IMG/VR virus record: IMGVR_UViG_3300045988_046971
Span: 1 to 39,555 of that record
Reading direction: 5' to 3' (one strand)
Length of the DNA: 39,555 nt
Origin: a virus
Of the stretch, positions 15,249 through 22,868 are shown piece after piece. Within the stretch, counting starts at the first letter, position 1. Each line of letters begins with the position of its first letter. The notes below the pieces were generated by a model. It saw only the letters and a program-made list of their open reading frames with translations, did no database searches and had not been told where the DNA came from. A program made the translations under genes and the position numbers.

Positions 15249-16523
15249 CTAATCACCTCCCATCTCAAATAGCTTCTCTGTGTAGTCGCGCCGCATCGCC
15301 AGCGTATCGTAGATCTTCTCTTCGACAGTACCTTTCGATACCAGCTCGTAATACGTGCACGGCTTGTCTTGGCCGACACGGTGGATACGCTTCTTCGACT
15401 GCTCGAAGAGCGATGACGCGAGCGGCGGCGAGAAATAGACGCAAGTGTCGGCTTGCTGCAAGTTCACGCCCATGGCACCAGACTGGTATTGGATGAGCGC
15501 GACACCGTCGTCAGTATCGAAAAACGGTGACAAGTCATGCGCCTTGCCATTGAGCACGCCATACAACCTGTATCGCTTCTCCAACTCAGCCGTGAGCCCT
15601 TCGAGCTCGACATCGAAATTGTAGAACACGACGAGCCGTTTACTCGTGCCGTCCAGCAAATCGCCGAACGCCTCGAGCTTGGCACGCGAATACGCGGCAG
15701 CCAGTTGGCGTTTTGCCGTGAGGTCGCCGAACACTGTGTCGCCGACGAAATCGCGGCCGAACGCGGTGATTACGTTCACCTTGGCGAACTTACGGTAATA
15801 CTCGCTCATCGGTACGTCGATGCGGATAAAACGCTGATCAGGCAGGTCGATGACGTCGTCGGTCTTGAGGAAATCGCAACCGAGTTCCTTCATCTTACGC
15901 ACCAGCCTCTCCTCGTTCTTGTAACCCGTCACCTTCGTGATCGGAAAACCCTCACGCATCGTCGTCTCAGATTCGACATATTGCCGCCAAAACAGTTTCT
16001 CGTCGATACACCAACCGAGCATGTTCAGCTGCGTCCACAGACGTTCGTATTTGCCGTCGACGGGCGTACCAGACAGCAAGATAAGCTCATTTGCCCTTGC
16101 AGCCAGTTTCATCGCGGCCTTGGTACGTTTCGACGACTTATTCTGCAGCAGCGACGACTCGTCGAACATCAATGCGAAGCACTTCAACGCCTGAAGTTCC
16201 GGGCGTCTCCACAACAGGTCATAATTGATCACGGCGACTGCATCCCGTGCATGTGGGTCACGGATACGCCGTTCGAAACCTTCCATGGCATGTGGCTTGG
16301 TCAAATTGACGACGTCGATGTCATAGTAGTTCGCGAAATGGCCAACCCAATCGGCGACTTTCGACTTTTGGCATACGACCAAGGCCAAATGCCAACACTT
16401 GTCCGACATCAACTTTTCTGCACCTGTGAACGTCTTGCCCAGGCCCATGTCGTGGTAGAACGCGCACTTGCGTTTACCGTCGACACGGTCAAGTGCTGCC
16501 TGCTGGTAAGCGAACAGACCCAT
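15249..16523 (-). CDS. SNF2-family DEAD/H helicase
   Basis: 424 aa. Motif I DMGLGKT, motif II FDESSLLQN, C-terminal helicase motifs (QSGAMGVNLQ, QSKKRIHRVGQ). Confidence 0.85.
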   Translation of the reverse strand: MGLFAYQQAALDRVDGKRKCAFYHDMGLGKTFTGAEKLMSDKCWHLALVVCQKSKVADWVGHFANYYDIDVVNLTKPHAMEGFERRIRDPHARDAVAVINYDLLWRRPELQALKCFALMFDESSLLQNKSSKRTKAAMKLAARANELILLSGTPVDGKYERLWTQLNMLGWCIDEKLFWRQYVESETTMREGFPITKVTGYKNEERLVRKMKELGCDFLKTDDVIDLPDQRFIRIDVPMSEYYRKFAKVNVITAFGRDFVGDTVFGDLTAKRQLAAAYSRAKLEAFGDLLDGTSKRLVVFYNFDVELEGLTAELEKRYRLYGVLNGKAHDLSPFFDTDDGVALIQYQSGAMGVNLQQADTCVYFSPPLASSLFEQSKKRIHRVGQDKPCTYYELVSKGTVEEKIYDTLAMRRDYTEKLFEMGGD

Positions 16524-16717
16524 TACGCGAAGAACATCGACTTGATTTCCTCGCCCGTCAAGTCGTACCGGTCTGCGATAGCCTTTATCTCAGACTGCTT
16601 GAACTCGGCTTTGCCGTTGATCTTCCACGATAATGTGGACTCGGTGATGCCGAGCATTCGTGCGAGCCCGCTTTGGGTATCGCCGAACTCGCGGATCGTT
16701 TCATATAGGCTTTTCAT
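16523..16717 (-). CDS. XRE/Cro-type helix-turn-helix transcriptional regulator
   Basis: 64 aa. TQSGLARMLGITESTLSWKINGK is a classical HTH_3 segment. First gene downstream of iteron module B. AGGAGGTGA RBS. Confidence 0.8.
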   Translation of the reverse strand: MKSLYETIREFGDTQSGLARMLGITESTLSWKINGKAEFKQSEIKAIADRYDLTGEEIKSMFFA

Positions 16718-16796
16718 CTTTCACCTCCTTCGATCGGCGGACCTTATTATACAACGTTTTCTTTCGATTTATTCGAGTATTTATAACTTTTTCGAA
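16718..16796 (-). promoter_or_regulatory. Candidate early promoter upstream of the HTH gene
   Basis: The minus strand reads ...ataaatcgaaagaaaacgtTGTATAATaaggtccgccgatcgaAGGAGGtgaaagATG, an extended -10 of TGnTATAAT type. The -35 is weak. Confidence 0.45.
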
Positions 16797-17107
16797 ACAC
16801 CTGTCACACTGTCAAACACCTGTCAAACGGCTGATTTCAGGCCTGTTTGACAGTAAGTCGCATCACTACGTCGCATTTCTCGCCTCCTGTCACACTGTCA
16901 CACAGTTTTCTCCCCTATCCTTAGATAATTTGACTTTTATATCTATATAAGGTCTATTAGATATATAGATAAAAAATATCTAATATAGGGGCCCCTTGTT
17001 GTTTGACAGCTTGACAGGTGATGAGAAACGCGAGATAGAAATGCAAACACCTGTCACACTGGCCCTTTTAGGAGTGTGACAGGTGGTTGACACTGTTTGA
17101 CAGGTGA
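16797..17107. promoter_or_regulatory. Iteron + AT-rich module B (origin-like or operator array)
   Basis: 12 TGTCA(C/A)AC or G(T/G)TTGACA cores at 16802, 16810, 16821, 16845, 16888, 16896, 17001, 17011, 17052, 17074, 17085 and 17095. AT-rich core at 16906-16991 ending aaaatatctaatatagggg. 13-bp inverted repeat cacctgtcacact (17048-17060) / agtgtgacaggtg (17073-17085). Collinear with 39285-39500 plus 1-115. Confidence 0.65.
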
Positions 17108-17110
17108 TAA

Positions 17111-17416
17111 CTACCGTAATGCGTAGATCTGGGACATGACGACGCCATACTCTTTAGGGCACACGGCTTTTATACATTCCATGTGTTTGTCGAGTATTCC
17201 CATGAGTGCCGCGTAGTCCACACTTGACGCGGCTTCTAAGAAATCAGACCCCGTGAGCGCATCGGTCTTCTGTGTCGACATTGCCATGGGCTGCATATTG
17301 CTTTTGAGGTGGTCGCGAACGATGTACAACCATGCCAGACGCTCGCATACGGCATAAGACGTATCGCGCTTCTCCAGGTTGAGGATCTCCTCTTCGATGG
17401 TCTCAATTGATACCAT
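17111..17416 (-). CDS. Hypothetical protein (101 aa), last gene of the late block
   Basis: ATG 17416 after GGGGTGA. No family recognised. Confidence 0.6.
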   Translation of the reverse strand: MVSIETIEEEILNLEKRDTSYAVCERLAWLYIVRDHLKSNMQPMAMSTQKTDALTGSDFLEAASSVDYAALMGILDKHMECIKAVCPKEYGVVMSQIYALR

Positions 17417-17428
17417 TTCAATTCACCC

Positions 17429-17998
17429 CTAACTGAGTTTCTTCCCGACGTCATGTAGCTTCTTCCTATATTTCTCGTGCAGCTCATGCTGCATAGGCAC
17501 GATTACCTGCATGTCGTAATCGACAGCACTCAGCTTGAGTGCCAAGCGGTCGGCATACTTGCATTCATCGTCGACATCTCGCATGAGCTTGTAGATCACG
17601 TCTGCAGCGGCGACTTCACCTGCGTCATAGAGGTCTTTGGCCGACTTCGCATAGAGCTCTTTCGTTTTGTGTTCCCACTCGCACCACTCGTGCATACCCG
17701 TCTCGACGGCCTTGGACTTCGTCTCAGATTCGACCGCTTGCCGTGTGAAGTTCGACCACGCGACGGGGATGACGTCGAGGTGTTTCGTATTAGCCGCTGG
17801 CAAAAGCTGGTTGCAGTGGTCGATGAAATAGCGGTGGATACGACGCATCGAAATCGTCTCACACAAGAAATGGTACTCATGCAGTCGCTTGAAACCGTCC
17901 AAACCGAGGAAGTTGTAGTAATCTGCCATCTGCTCGTGCATCATCATGCCGTCGATTAGGTGGTCAGATACCTTTGCGAACACGTCAATTACCGGCAT
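17429..17998 (-). CDS. Hypothetical helical protein (189 aa); weak ferritin-like four-helix-bundle pattern
   Basis: His/Glu-rich helices (MMMHEQMADYY, LHEYHFLCE, HEWCEWEH, DDECKYADR). The assignment is a pattern impression only. Confidence 0.55.
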   Translation of the reverse strand: MPVIDVFAKVSDHLIDGMMMHEQMADYYNFLGLDGFKRLHEYHFLCETISMRRIHRYFIDHCNQLLPAANTKHLDVIPVAWSNFTRQAVESETKSKAVETGMHEWCEWEHKTKELYAKSAKDLYDAGEVAAADVIYKLMRDVDDECKYADRLALKLSAVDYDMQVIVPMQHELHEKYRKKLHDVGKKLS

Positions 17999-18170
17999 CT
18001 TTACCTTCTCTCAATTCGTCCAATATACTTTGCAAAAGGGATGCCTCGACGGCATCCCTTTCTTTAGCCCTGGCCAATATCTCGCGGTTAACTGCAAGGT
18101 TCTCCATGTTGACCATGAAGTTTGCCATGTTGATCGCCAAGATACTGTGCCAGAACTCCTGTTCTGTCAT
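17985..18170 (-). CDS. Hypothetical small helical protein (61 aa)
   Basis: ATG 18170 overlaps the upstream TAA by 1 nt. The ORF-track extension to 18272 lies inside the 141-aa gene. Confidence 0.5.
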   Translation of the reverse strand: MTEQEFWHSILAINMANFMVNMENLAVNREILARAKERDAVEASLLQSILDELREGKDAGN

Positions 18171-18595
18171 TAGAGTTTCGTGACGACGACCGCGGTGTTG
18201 TCGATCGTGACGGTCGCCGGAACAGTCGCGCTGGTGATCACGAGTGTAAGCGTCGAGGTGCTGTCGCAGCACTGGTTACGCACGATTGCCGGGATATTGA
18301 CCGACACAGTGCCCGCAGCTGCCGCAGTGATGGTCTGCATGGCGCCGGGCACGGCGACGCCGTCTTTGAATAGTGTGACGGTATATGCACCGGCAGCAGT
18401 AGGCGTGAACGTGACACTGGCATCGACATCGAAATAACCCTGACCCTTGAGCAGGACGCCGTTACCAGACAGGACGGCATTGCAGCCGAAACGACGGACA
18501 GTCGTACCGAGCGGGATAGCCGTACCGGCAGCCGTAGACAGCGTGAGCACGGTACTAGACGGGTCGGCAGTGTAGATTGCAGATTTGCACGACAT
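18170..18595 (-). CDS. Stand-alone BclA-C-terminal-like (TNF/C1q-like beta-sandwich) protein, candidate
   Basis: 141 aa; AAAGGAT RBS. The GYFDVDASVTFTPTAAGAYTVTLFKDGVAVPGA...NIPAIVRN...LTLVITS...VVVTKL pattern parallels my recalled BclA C-terminal domain (GFYKITV...LTIQVNGVPVPGT...IIIEKV). Confidence 0.45.
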   Translation of the reverse strand: MSCKSAIYTADPSSTVLTLSTAAGTAIPLGTTVRRFGCNAVLSGNGVLLKGQGYFDVDASVTFTPTAAGAYTVTLFKDGVAVPGAMQTITAAAAGTVSVNIPAIVRNQCCDSTSTLTLVITSATVPATVTIDNTAVVVTKL

Positions 18596-18615
18596 GGTTT
18601 ATCCTTTCTATTGAA

Positions 18616-18645
18616 ATAGGGGCATGGCCTGAGCCATGCCCCTAT
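18616..18645 (-). terminator. Strong GC-rich hairpin between the 210-aa and 141-aa genes (terminator/attenuator or RNA-stability element)
   Basis: Perfect 13-bp stem ataggggcatggc (18616-18628) / gccatgcccctat (18633-18645) with a 4-nt loop. The minus-strand downstream tract is only TTCAAT, a weak U-tract. Confidence 0.5.
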
Positions 18646-18684
18646 CTTGCCCAGGCGGAAATGCCTTATCGATCGAATGTTTGT

Positions 18685-19317
18685 TTAGATGTTTGCCGCA
18701 CCGCAGCAACCGTTATCGCAGAACGGCGACGGGCCAGCGTTATAGGCGAAGGTGTTGGGGTAGCGTACCACGCCACACATCGCCTGGGACAGCTGGAGCT
18801 GGTTGATCTGGTTCTGCATGTCGGCCATGCGGTTGCCGGTGATGGTGTCAAGGACCTTCTGTGTCTGCTCTGCCACAGTCTGCTGGATGGCAGCGGTGTT
18901 GATCGCGCCGTTGTAATTGACGGAGTCAATACCACGCTGGGTGGTGCAGCAGCAATTTGCGAGCTGGGACGACAGCGAGTAGTTGCCGTCTTTAATAGTG
19001 TCCTGCGTCTGCGCGAAGTTGCGGAGGTTCTCGTAGCCGACAGACGCGAGGCCCTGACTGGTCTGCATGAACTGCGTCTGCATCATGTCGTTCACTCGCC
19101 CGACCTGGTTCGCCAAGTCGTTGAAGTTCATGGCATTACACAGGCCGGCTTCAGTCACGGGCTGCTCGCCGGCGTTACGGTTGCCACCGAAGCCGTTGCC
19201 ACCCCAACCGAAGATCATCGCGAAGAGGATGATCACCCACCATGCATTGTTGCCGCCAAAACCGGACTCACCGGAAGCGGCCGCGATGTCGGAAAGTGAA
19301 TACTCAGACATAGACAT
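18685..19317 (-). CDS. Hypothetical membrane-anchored Gly/Gln/Cys-rich protein (210 aa)
   Basis: N-terminal GFGGNNAWWVIILFAMIFGWGGNGFGGN (Gly-rich flanks around one TM helix, YjcZ-like in style). Gln/Asn-rich helical middle. Cys clusters CCC and C..GCC. Confidence 0.6.
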   Translation of the reverse strand: MSMSEYSLSDIAAASGESGFGGNNAWWVIILFAMIFGWGGNGFGGNRNAGEQPVTEAGLCNAMNFNDLANQVGRVNDMMQTQFMQTSQGLASVGYENLRNFAQTQDTIKDGNYSLSSQLANCCCTTQRGIDSVNYNGAINTAAIQQTVAEQTQKVLDTITGNRMADMQNQINQLQLSQAMCGVVRYPNTFAYNAGPSPFCDNGCCGAANI

Positions 19318-19329
19318 CTCAATTCTTTT

Positions 19330-19358
19330 CTAATACTAGACATCTTATATATGCTCAA
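19330..19358 (-). promoter_or_regulatory. Candidate sigma-70-like promoter for the 210-aa gene
   Basis: The minus strand reads TTGAGC (19358-19353), a 17-nt spacer, then TATTAG (19335-19330). It sits only 12 nt upstream of the ATG, so the mRNA would be nearly leaderless. Confidence 0.3.
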
Positions 19359-19387
19359 GTAGGTCGACGGCCGTACGCTCCGCTTCA

Positions 19388-19615
19388 CTACCCAAACATC
19401 TGCTTGATTGCATTTATATCGATACCGTGCTCACTCGCGATCTGCTCGGGGCTCTTGCCCTTATTCGCATTGATGAACTCTGCGAACTGCGGGTTGTCGC
19501 GCATCATAGCTTGCATGACTTGCTCTGGATTTGTGTGGCGCATCATGTTGACAGCCTGCATTGCAGATTGCAAGGGGTTTGGTTTCTGTGCGCCACCGAA
19601 CAGGCTACTCGCCAT
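19388..19615 (-). CDS. Hypothetical protein (75 aa)
   Basis: ATG 19615 after GGGAGG. Met/Gln-rich and helical. Confidence 0.6.
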   Translation of the reverse strand: MASSLFGGAQKPNPLQSAMQAVNMMRHTNPEQVMQAMMRDNPQFAEFINANKGKSPEQIASEHGIDINAIKQMFG

Positions 19616-19967
19616 TGTCGATCGCCTCCCTCAAGTGCTTCATCGCTGCATCGAATTCGTCACGTGTCACGTATTGCTGCGCCGGTTCGGGCTTGTCTTC
19701 AACCGGTTGAAATGCAAAAGCACGGATGGTCGGAAAACCGGCACCATCCGTGCTTTTAACATACATGATGTCGTTGTCTGCGTCGAACAGGGGCACGACG
19801 GAGTTGGGAGGCATTTGGTATGCCTTGGCCCCGTCCATACCAGTGACACGGATTAGCTGCATGCTCTGCTGCATTTGAGCGCGTTGCTGAAACTGCTGCA
19901 TCTGGTCCATGGCGAATTGTTGCGGTGCGCCGATAGGTTGATATGCGTTGTAGTTACCGAACATCAT
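19605..19967 (-). CDS. Hypothetical protein (120 aa) with Gln/Met-rich N-terminus
   Basis: ATG 19967 (GGAGAA RBS) just after the endolysin stop. Q/M-rich low-complexity head, then a beta-rich core (IRVTGMDGAKAYQMPPNSVVPLFDADNDIMYVKSTDGAGFP). Confidence 0.6.
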   Translation of the reverse strand: MMFGNYNAYQPIGAPQQFAMDQMQQFQQRAQMQQSMQLIRVTGMDGAKAYQMPPNSVVPLFDADNDIMYVKSTDGAGFPTIRAFAFQPVEDKPEPAQQYVTRDEFDAAMKHLREAIDNGE

Positions 19968-19981
19968 GCTTTCTCCAATCA

Positions 19982-21160
19982 TTAACGACGAGTGCCGTCC
20001 GAAACATAACACTGGAGACGGTCGAGTGCGTAACCATATATACCGGCATAATCATCGCCACCATAGGTGGAGCCGTCGTCACAAACCTCGTCCCAGTAGC
20101 CAGCGTGGGCAACATCCTGAGAACGATAGTAGACCTGTTTATAGTCACCATTCGGCGTGATGTAATACATCTGCACACCGTCAATCGTCTGACCCCAGAT
20201 ACCAGCCATGCCATTTACAGAATCATTGTAATTAGCGGCCTGCACCCAGTCAAGCCAGCCGCTTTCCTTGGTGTGGACGCGGTAGCGCAGGGTGCCGCTA
20301 TCGACCCAAGCGATGAGCATGTCGTGAGAGCCGTAAGGCATACCAGCGAAACCATCGGAGTTACTGTCATTAAAATTAGTGACGGCGCTGTTCCATGCAG
20401 CGTGACGGTTATGCAGTGCATAATGAATATTGACCGACTTGCCCGTGGACTTCGGAAAACTCGTACGCGTGGCAGATGTGGAAGGCTGGTACGTGCCTCC
20501 GTTGCCGTCCGTCGGTGCTATCGGCGCGATATAGCCGCTACCCATATAGGTGGCGACATCGTGCTTGAAATCGCCCCAAGTCTTACCGTACTGACGGAAA
20601 TAACCGATCGGGTCAGTGTGGTCAGACCCGCCCCAGGTACGTGCGGCTTCATAATGGCTGAGCAGGCGGCTAGTGTCCCAACCATGAGCGCGGAGCGTGT
20701 CGCCTGCCCACTTCACAGCCTCGGTCCATTGCTTGGCGAAATCAGTGGCATTTGTGGCATGTGCCAGCTCGATGCCGATCGTACACCAATTGCCATTGCC
20801 GACGTGCCAGCACAAGCGGTTCTGCGGTACGGTATCGTACACTTTAGAGCCGTCTAGCTCCATGACATCATGCACTGCGTAGGTATCGTCACGTGACCAC
20901 AAAAGCACGTGATTCCACGCACTCGCGCCTGGGTTAGCCGTCTCGTGGATCACGAGGTACTGCGGTGACAGCGACCCGTGTCCATTGCTGACGTAATTAG
21001 TGATACGCTCGTAGGCATAACTCGTCGTCGGTACTGTGAGTACAAGTGCGATAGCAACCGTACTTGCACATAATGCCAATCGTCGAGCAAGGTGAGGCTT
21101 AGATAGATATCCAGCAACGCGCATATTTGCCTTGATACCCAAATTACTCACCCTTTCCAA
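19982..21160 (-). CDS. Endolysin: N-acetylmuramoyl-L-alanine amidase (Amidase_2/PGRP type) with N-terminal signal sequence and ChW-like wall-binding repeats
   Basis: Amidase_2 pattern (LVIHETANPGASAWNH...CWHVGNGNWCTIGIELAH...SHYEAARTWGGSDHTDP). N-terminal RRLALCASTVAIALVLTVPTTSYAYE. Three C-terminal Y..H...W..WV...AG-type repeats. Start uncertain: TTG 21160, TTG 21142 or ATG 21124. Confidence 0.85.
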   Translation of the reverse strand: MERVSNLGIKANMRVAGYLSKPHLARRLALCASTVAIALVLTVPTTSYAYERITNYVSNGHGSLSPQYLVIHETANPGASAWNHVLLWSRDDTYAVHDVMELDGSKVYDTVPQNRLCWHVGNGNWCTIGIELAHATNATDFAKQWTEAVKWAGDTLRAHGWDTSRLLSHYEAARTWGGSDHTDPIGYFRQYGKTWGDFKHDVATYMGSGYIAPIAPTDGNGGTYQPSTSATRTSFPKSTGKSVNIHYALHNRHAAWNSAVTNFNDSNSDGFAGMPYGSHDMLIAWVDSGTLRYRVHTKESGWLDWVQAANYNDSVNGMAGIWGQTIDGVQMYYITPNGDYKQVYYRSQDVAHAGYWDEVCDDGSTYGGDDYAGIYGYALDRLQCYVSDGTRR

Positions 21161-21174
21161 TAGTATTACCGTTG

Positions 21175-21387
21175 TTACTCATTCGAAGCCTTCGCAGTGG
21201 CATGAGACACACCGAGGAGTGCGCCGACGAGCGTACCCGCGGCGGTGATCACAGTCACTGCGATAGTAGTCGGCTCCCAATTGACAGCGGTACCGACGGT
21301 ACCGACAAAAGTACCTACTGCGGGGAGGGCAACGAGGCCGACCCACTTAAGGATATTATATGCCTTGTCAGGCAGAAGGTATTGCAT
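21175..21387 (-). CDS. Holin (Dp-1/LL-H-like family)
   Basis: 70 aa; AAGGAG RBS. KAYNILKWVGLVALPAVGTFVGTVG resembles the Dp-1 holin family N-terminus. Two hydrophobic helices. Immediately upstream of the endolysin. Confidence 0.75.
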   Translation of the reverse strand: MQYLLPDKAYNILKWVGLVALPAVGTFVGTVGTAVNWEPTTIAVTVITAAGTLVGALLGVSHATAKASNE

Positions 21388-21396
21388 AATTACTCC

Positions 21397-21729
21397 TTAT
21401 TCTTGATGTGCTTCCATGATCTCATTATACATATGTGTACCGGGTCCGTTGAGCCCCAATTCATCATGGTAATGATGATAAATGTCGTCAACCTGCTGTT
21501 TATCAGCCGCAGAACACGGATGGCCTTCGATGACAAAACGCCGGTGTAGATCTTCGAGCCGGTAAAACAGTAACTCACCGAGCATAGCGCGATTTTGTAC
21601 GCGTTCTTCGTGTTCACGACGTGACAAGTTATATAGCTGCCCGGTGTTGGTTTTAATCGCATTCAGCAACCAGCCGATTATCGTACCCATAATAGTGGTT
21701 ACGATGGTCATTGTCATATATTTAACCAC
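21397..21729 (-). CDS. Membrane-anchored protein upstream of the holin (possible lysis accessory)
   Basis: 110 aa; GTG start 21729 (GAAAGG 9 nt upstream). One N-terminal TM helix (MTIVTTIMGTIIGWLLNAI) followed by a charged soluble domain. Confidence 0.5.
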   Translation of the reverse strand: MVKYMTMTIVTTIMGTIIGWLLNAIKTNTGQLYNLSRREHEERVQNRAMLGELLFYRLEDLHRRFVIEGHPCSAADKQQVDDIYHHYHDELGLNGPGTHMYNEIMEAHQE

Positions 21730-21806
21730 GAATCAATACCTTTCAAATAACAAATGTTCTCAGTGCTGATCCCAGTTTGCAACACGATCGTGCCGGGTAC
21801 GGAATG

Positions 21807-22622
21807 CTACAGGGGGATAAAGCCTTTGGCTGATGGCCAACCATAAGCGCTCATCGGTCTCGACGATGTCACATCGCCCATCACGTCACCGTTCGTTTGG
21901 ACTCTTAGCATCACACTAAATTCTATTTGCGCGTTTGTATAAAGGCACACGATCCGCTCATTAGATGGCCAATAATCTGACGGCAGTGTGAGTATTTTTG
22001 CAGAATAACCGGTCTGAGTACCGGTGACCATGGTGCCGTTGCCTTTCGTGTCAAAAACAAGTGATTGTATAGCTGGAATATAGTAAACACGCACAGTCAC
22101 GTTACACCCGAAAATGTTCACTGCGCCGTCGGCGATTTTCGTTTGGGATAAGGAATCTCTAAGGGTCGCGAGCGAGGCTACGGTGTCAAAAAGTTTGACT
22201 GGTGTGCCGACGCTGATACCGTTCAACGGGATGCGCCAGAGCTTCAAGTCGTTCGAGGTCGTCGCGGGGTCCGCCGCCGTCCCCGTACTGGGCGTGCCCT
22301 TGATGACGACGGGTGTGATGCTCTCGATGCCCGCGCTGGTCTTCGCGTAGCGGGCCACGACCAGGTCGTTGCGCTTTTGACCCTGCGTGCCGGACTGGAC
22401 CGTCAGCGAGGTCGCAGCCTGGTTCCAGAAGCGCTTGCCGCCGACCATGCCGACGCCGGTGCCGAGCGTCGCGTTGTTCGCGCTAGCCATCGTGAGCTTA
22501 AAATCGTCACCATACTTGAGCACGCAATCGGCCTTGCCGATGGTCGCGATGTTCAATGCCGACAGGTCGTCCGAGCTGATGTGCTTGGTCCCCGTCATGC
22601 CATCTACGATTTCAAATGCCAT
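21807..22622 (-). CDS. Putative tail fibre / receptor-binding accessory protein (271 aa)
   Basis: AAGGAG RBS. Beta-rich and Thr/Gly/Ser-rich, located distal to the collagen-like fibre genes. Function inferred from position only. Confidence 0.4.
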   Translation of the reverse strand: MAFEIVDGMTGTKHISSDDLSALNIATIGKADCVLKYGDDFKLTMASANNATLGTGVGMVGGKRFWNQAATSLTVQSGTQGQKRNDLVVARYAKTSAGIESITPVVIKGTPSTGTAADPATTSNDLKLWRIPLNGISVGTPVKLFDTVASLATLRDSLSQTKIADGAVNIFGCNVTVRVYYIPAIQSLVFDTKGNGTMVTGTQTGYSAKILTLPSDYWPSNERIVCLYTNAQIEFSVMLRVQTNGDVMGDVTSSRPMSAYGWPSAKGFIPL

Positions 22623-22626
22623 GGTA

Positions 22627-22857
22627 CTACTCCTTCGCGTTGCTCATGAACTGCTGGAACTCGCCGTCCTGCTTGGCGGCCAGCTTCTTGTATTCGTCCG
22701 TGCAGGACTTGCACAGAAGTCGGCTCGCCTTGCTGCCGTACTGGTCGAAGCGCTCGACCTCGCGCCAGTCCCCAGCTGCAGCTGCGCCTTGCTGGAGGTA
22801 TGCATCCGCGCCGCATCGGTCGCAGGTATAGTGTGTGAAATTTTCTGTCTTTGCCAT
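22627..22857 (-). CDS. Small zinc-ribbon protein within the tail-fibre module (76 aa)
   Basis: ATG 22857 after AAAGGAG. CDRCG...CKSC motif. Confidence 0.55.
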   Translation of the reverse strand: MAKTENFTHYTCDRCGADAYLQQGAAAAGDWREVERFDQYGSKASRLLCKSCTDEYKKLAAKQDGEFQQFMSNAKE

Positions 22858-22868
22858 ATTTGTCTCCT

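Noticed and set aside
16797-17107. Whether the short repeated TGTCACAC elements could be a CRISPR array.
   Set aside because: The cores are only ~8-13 bp and irregularly spaced, occur in both orientations, and are interspersed with an AT-rich core. There is no repeat-spacer periodicity and there are no cas genes.
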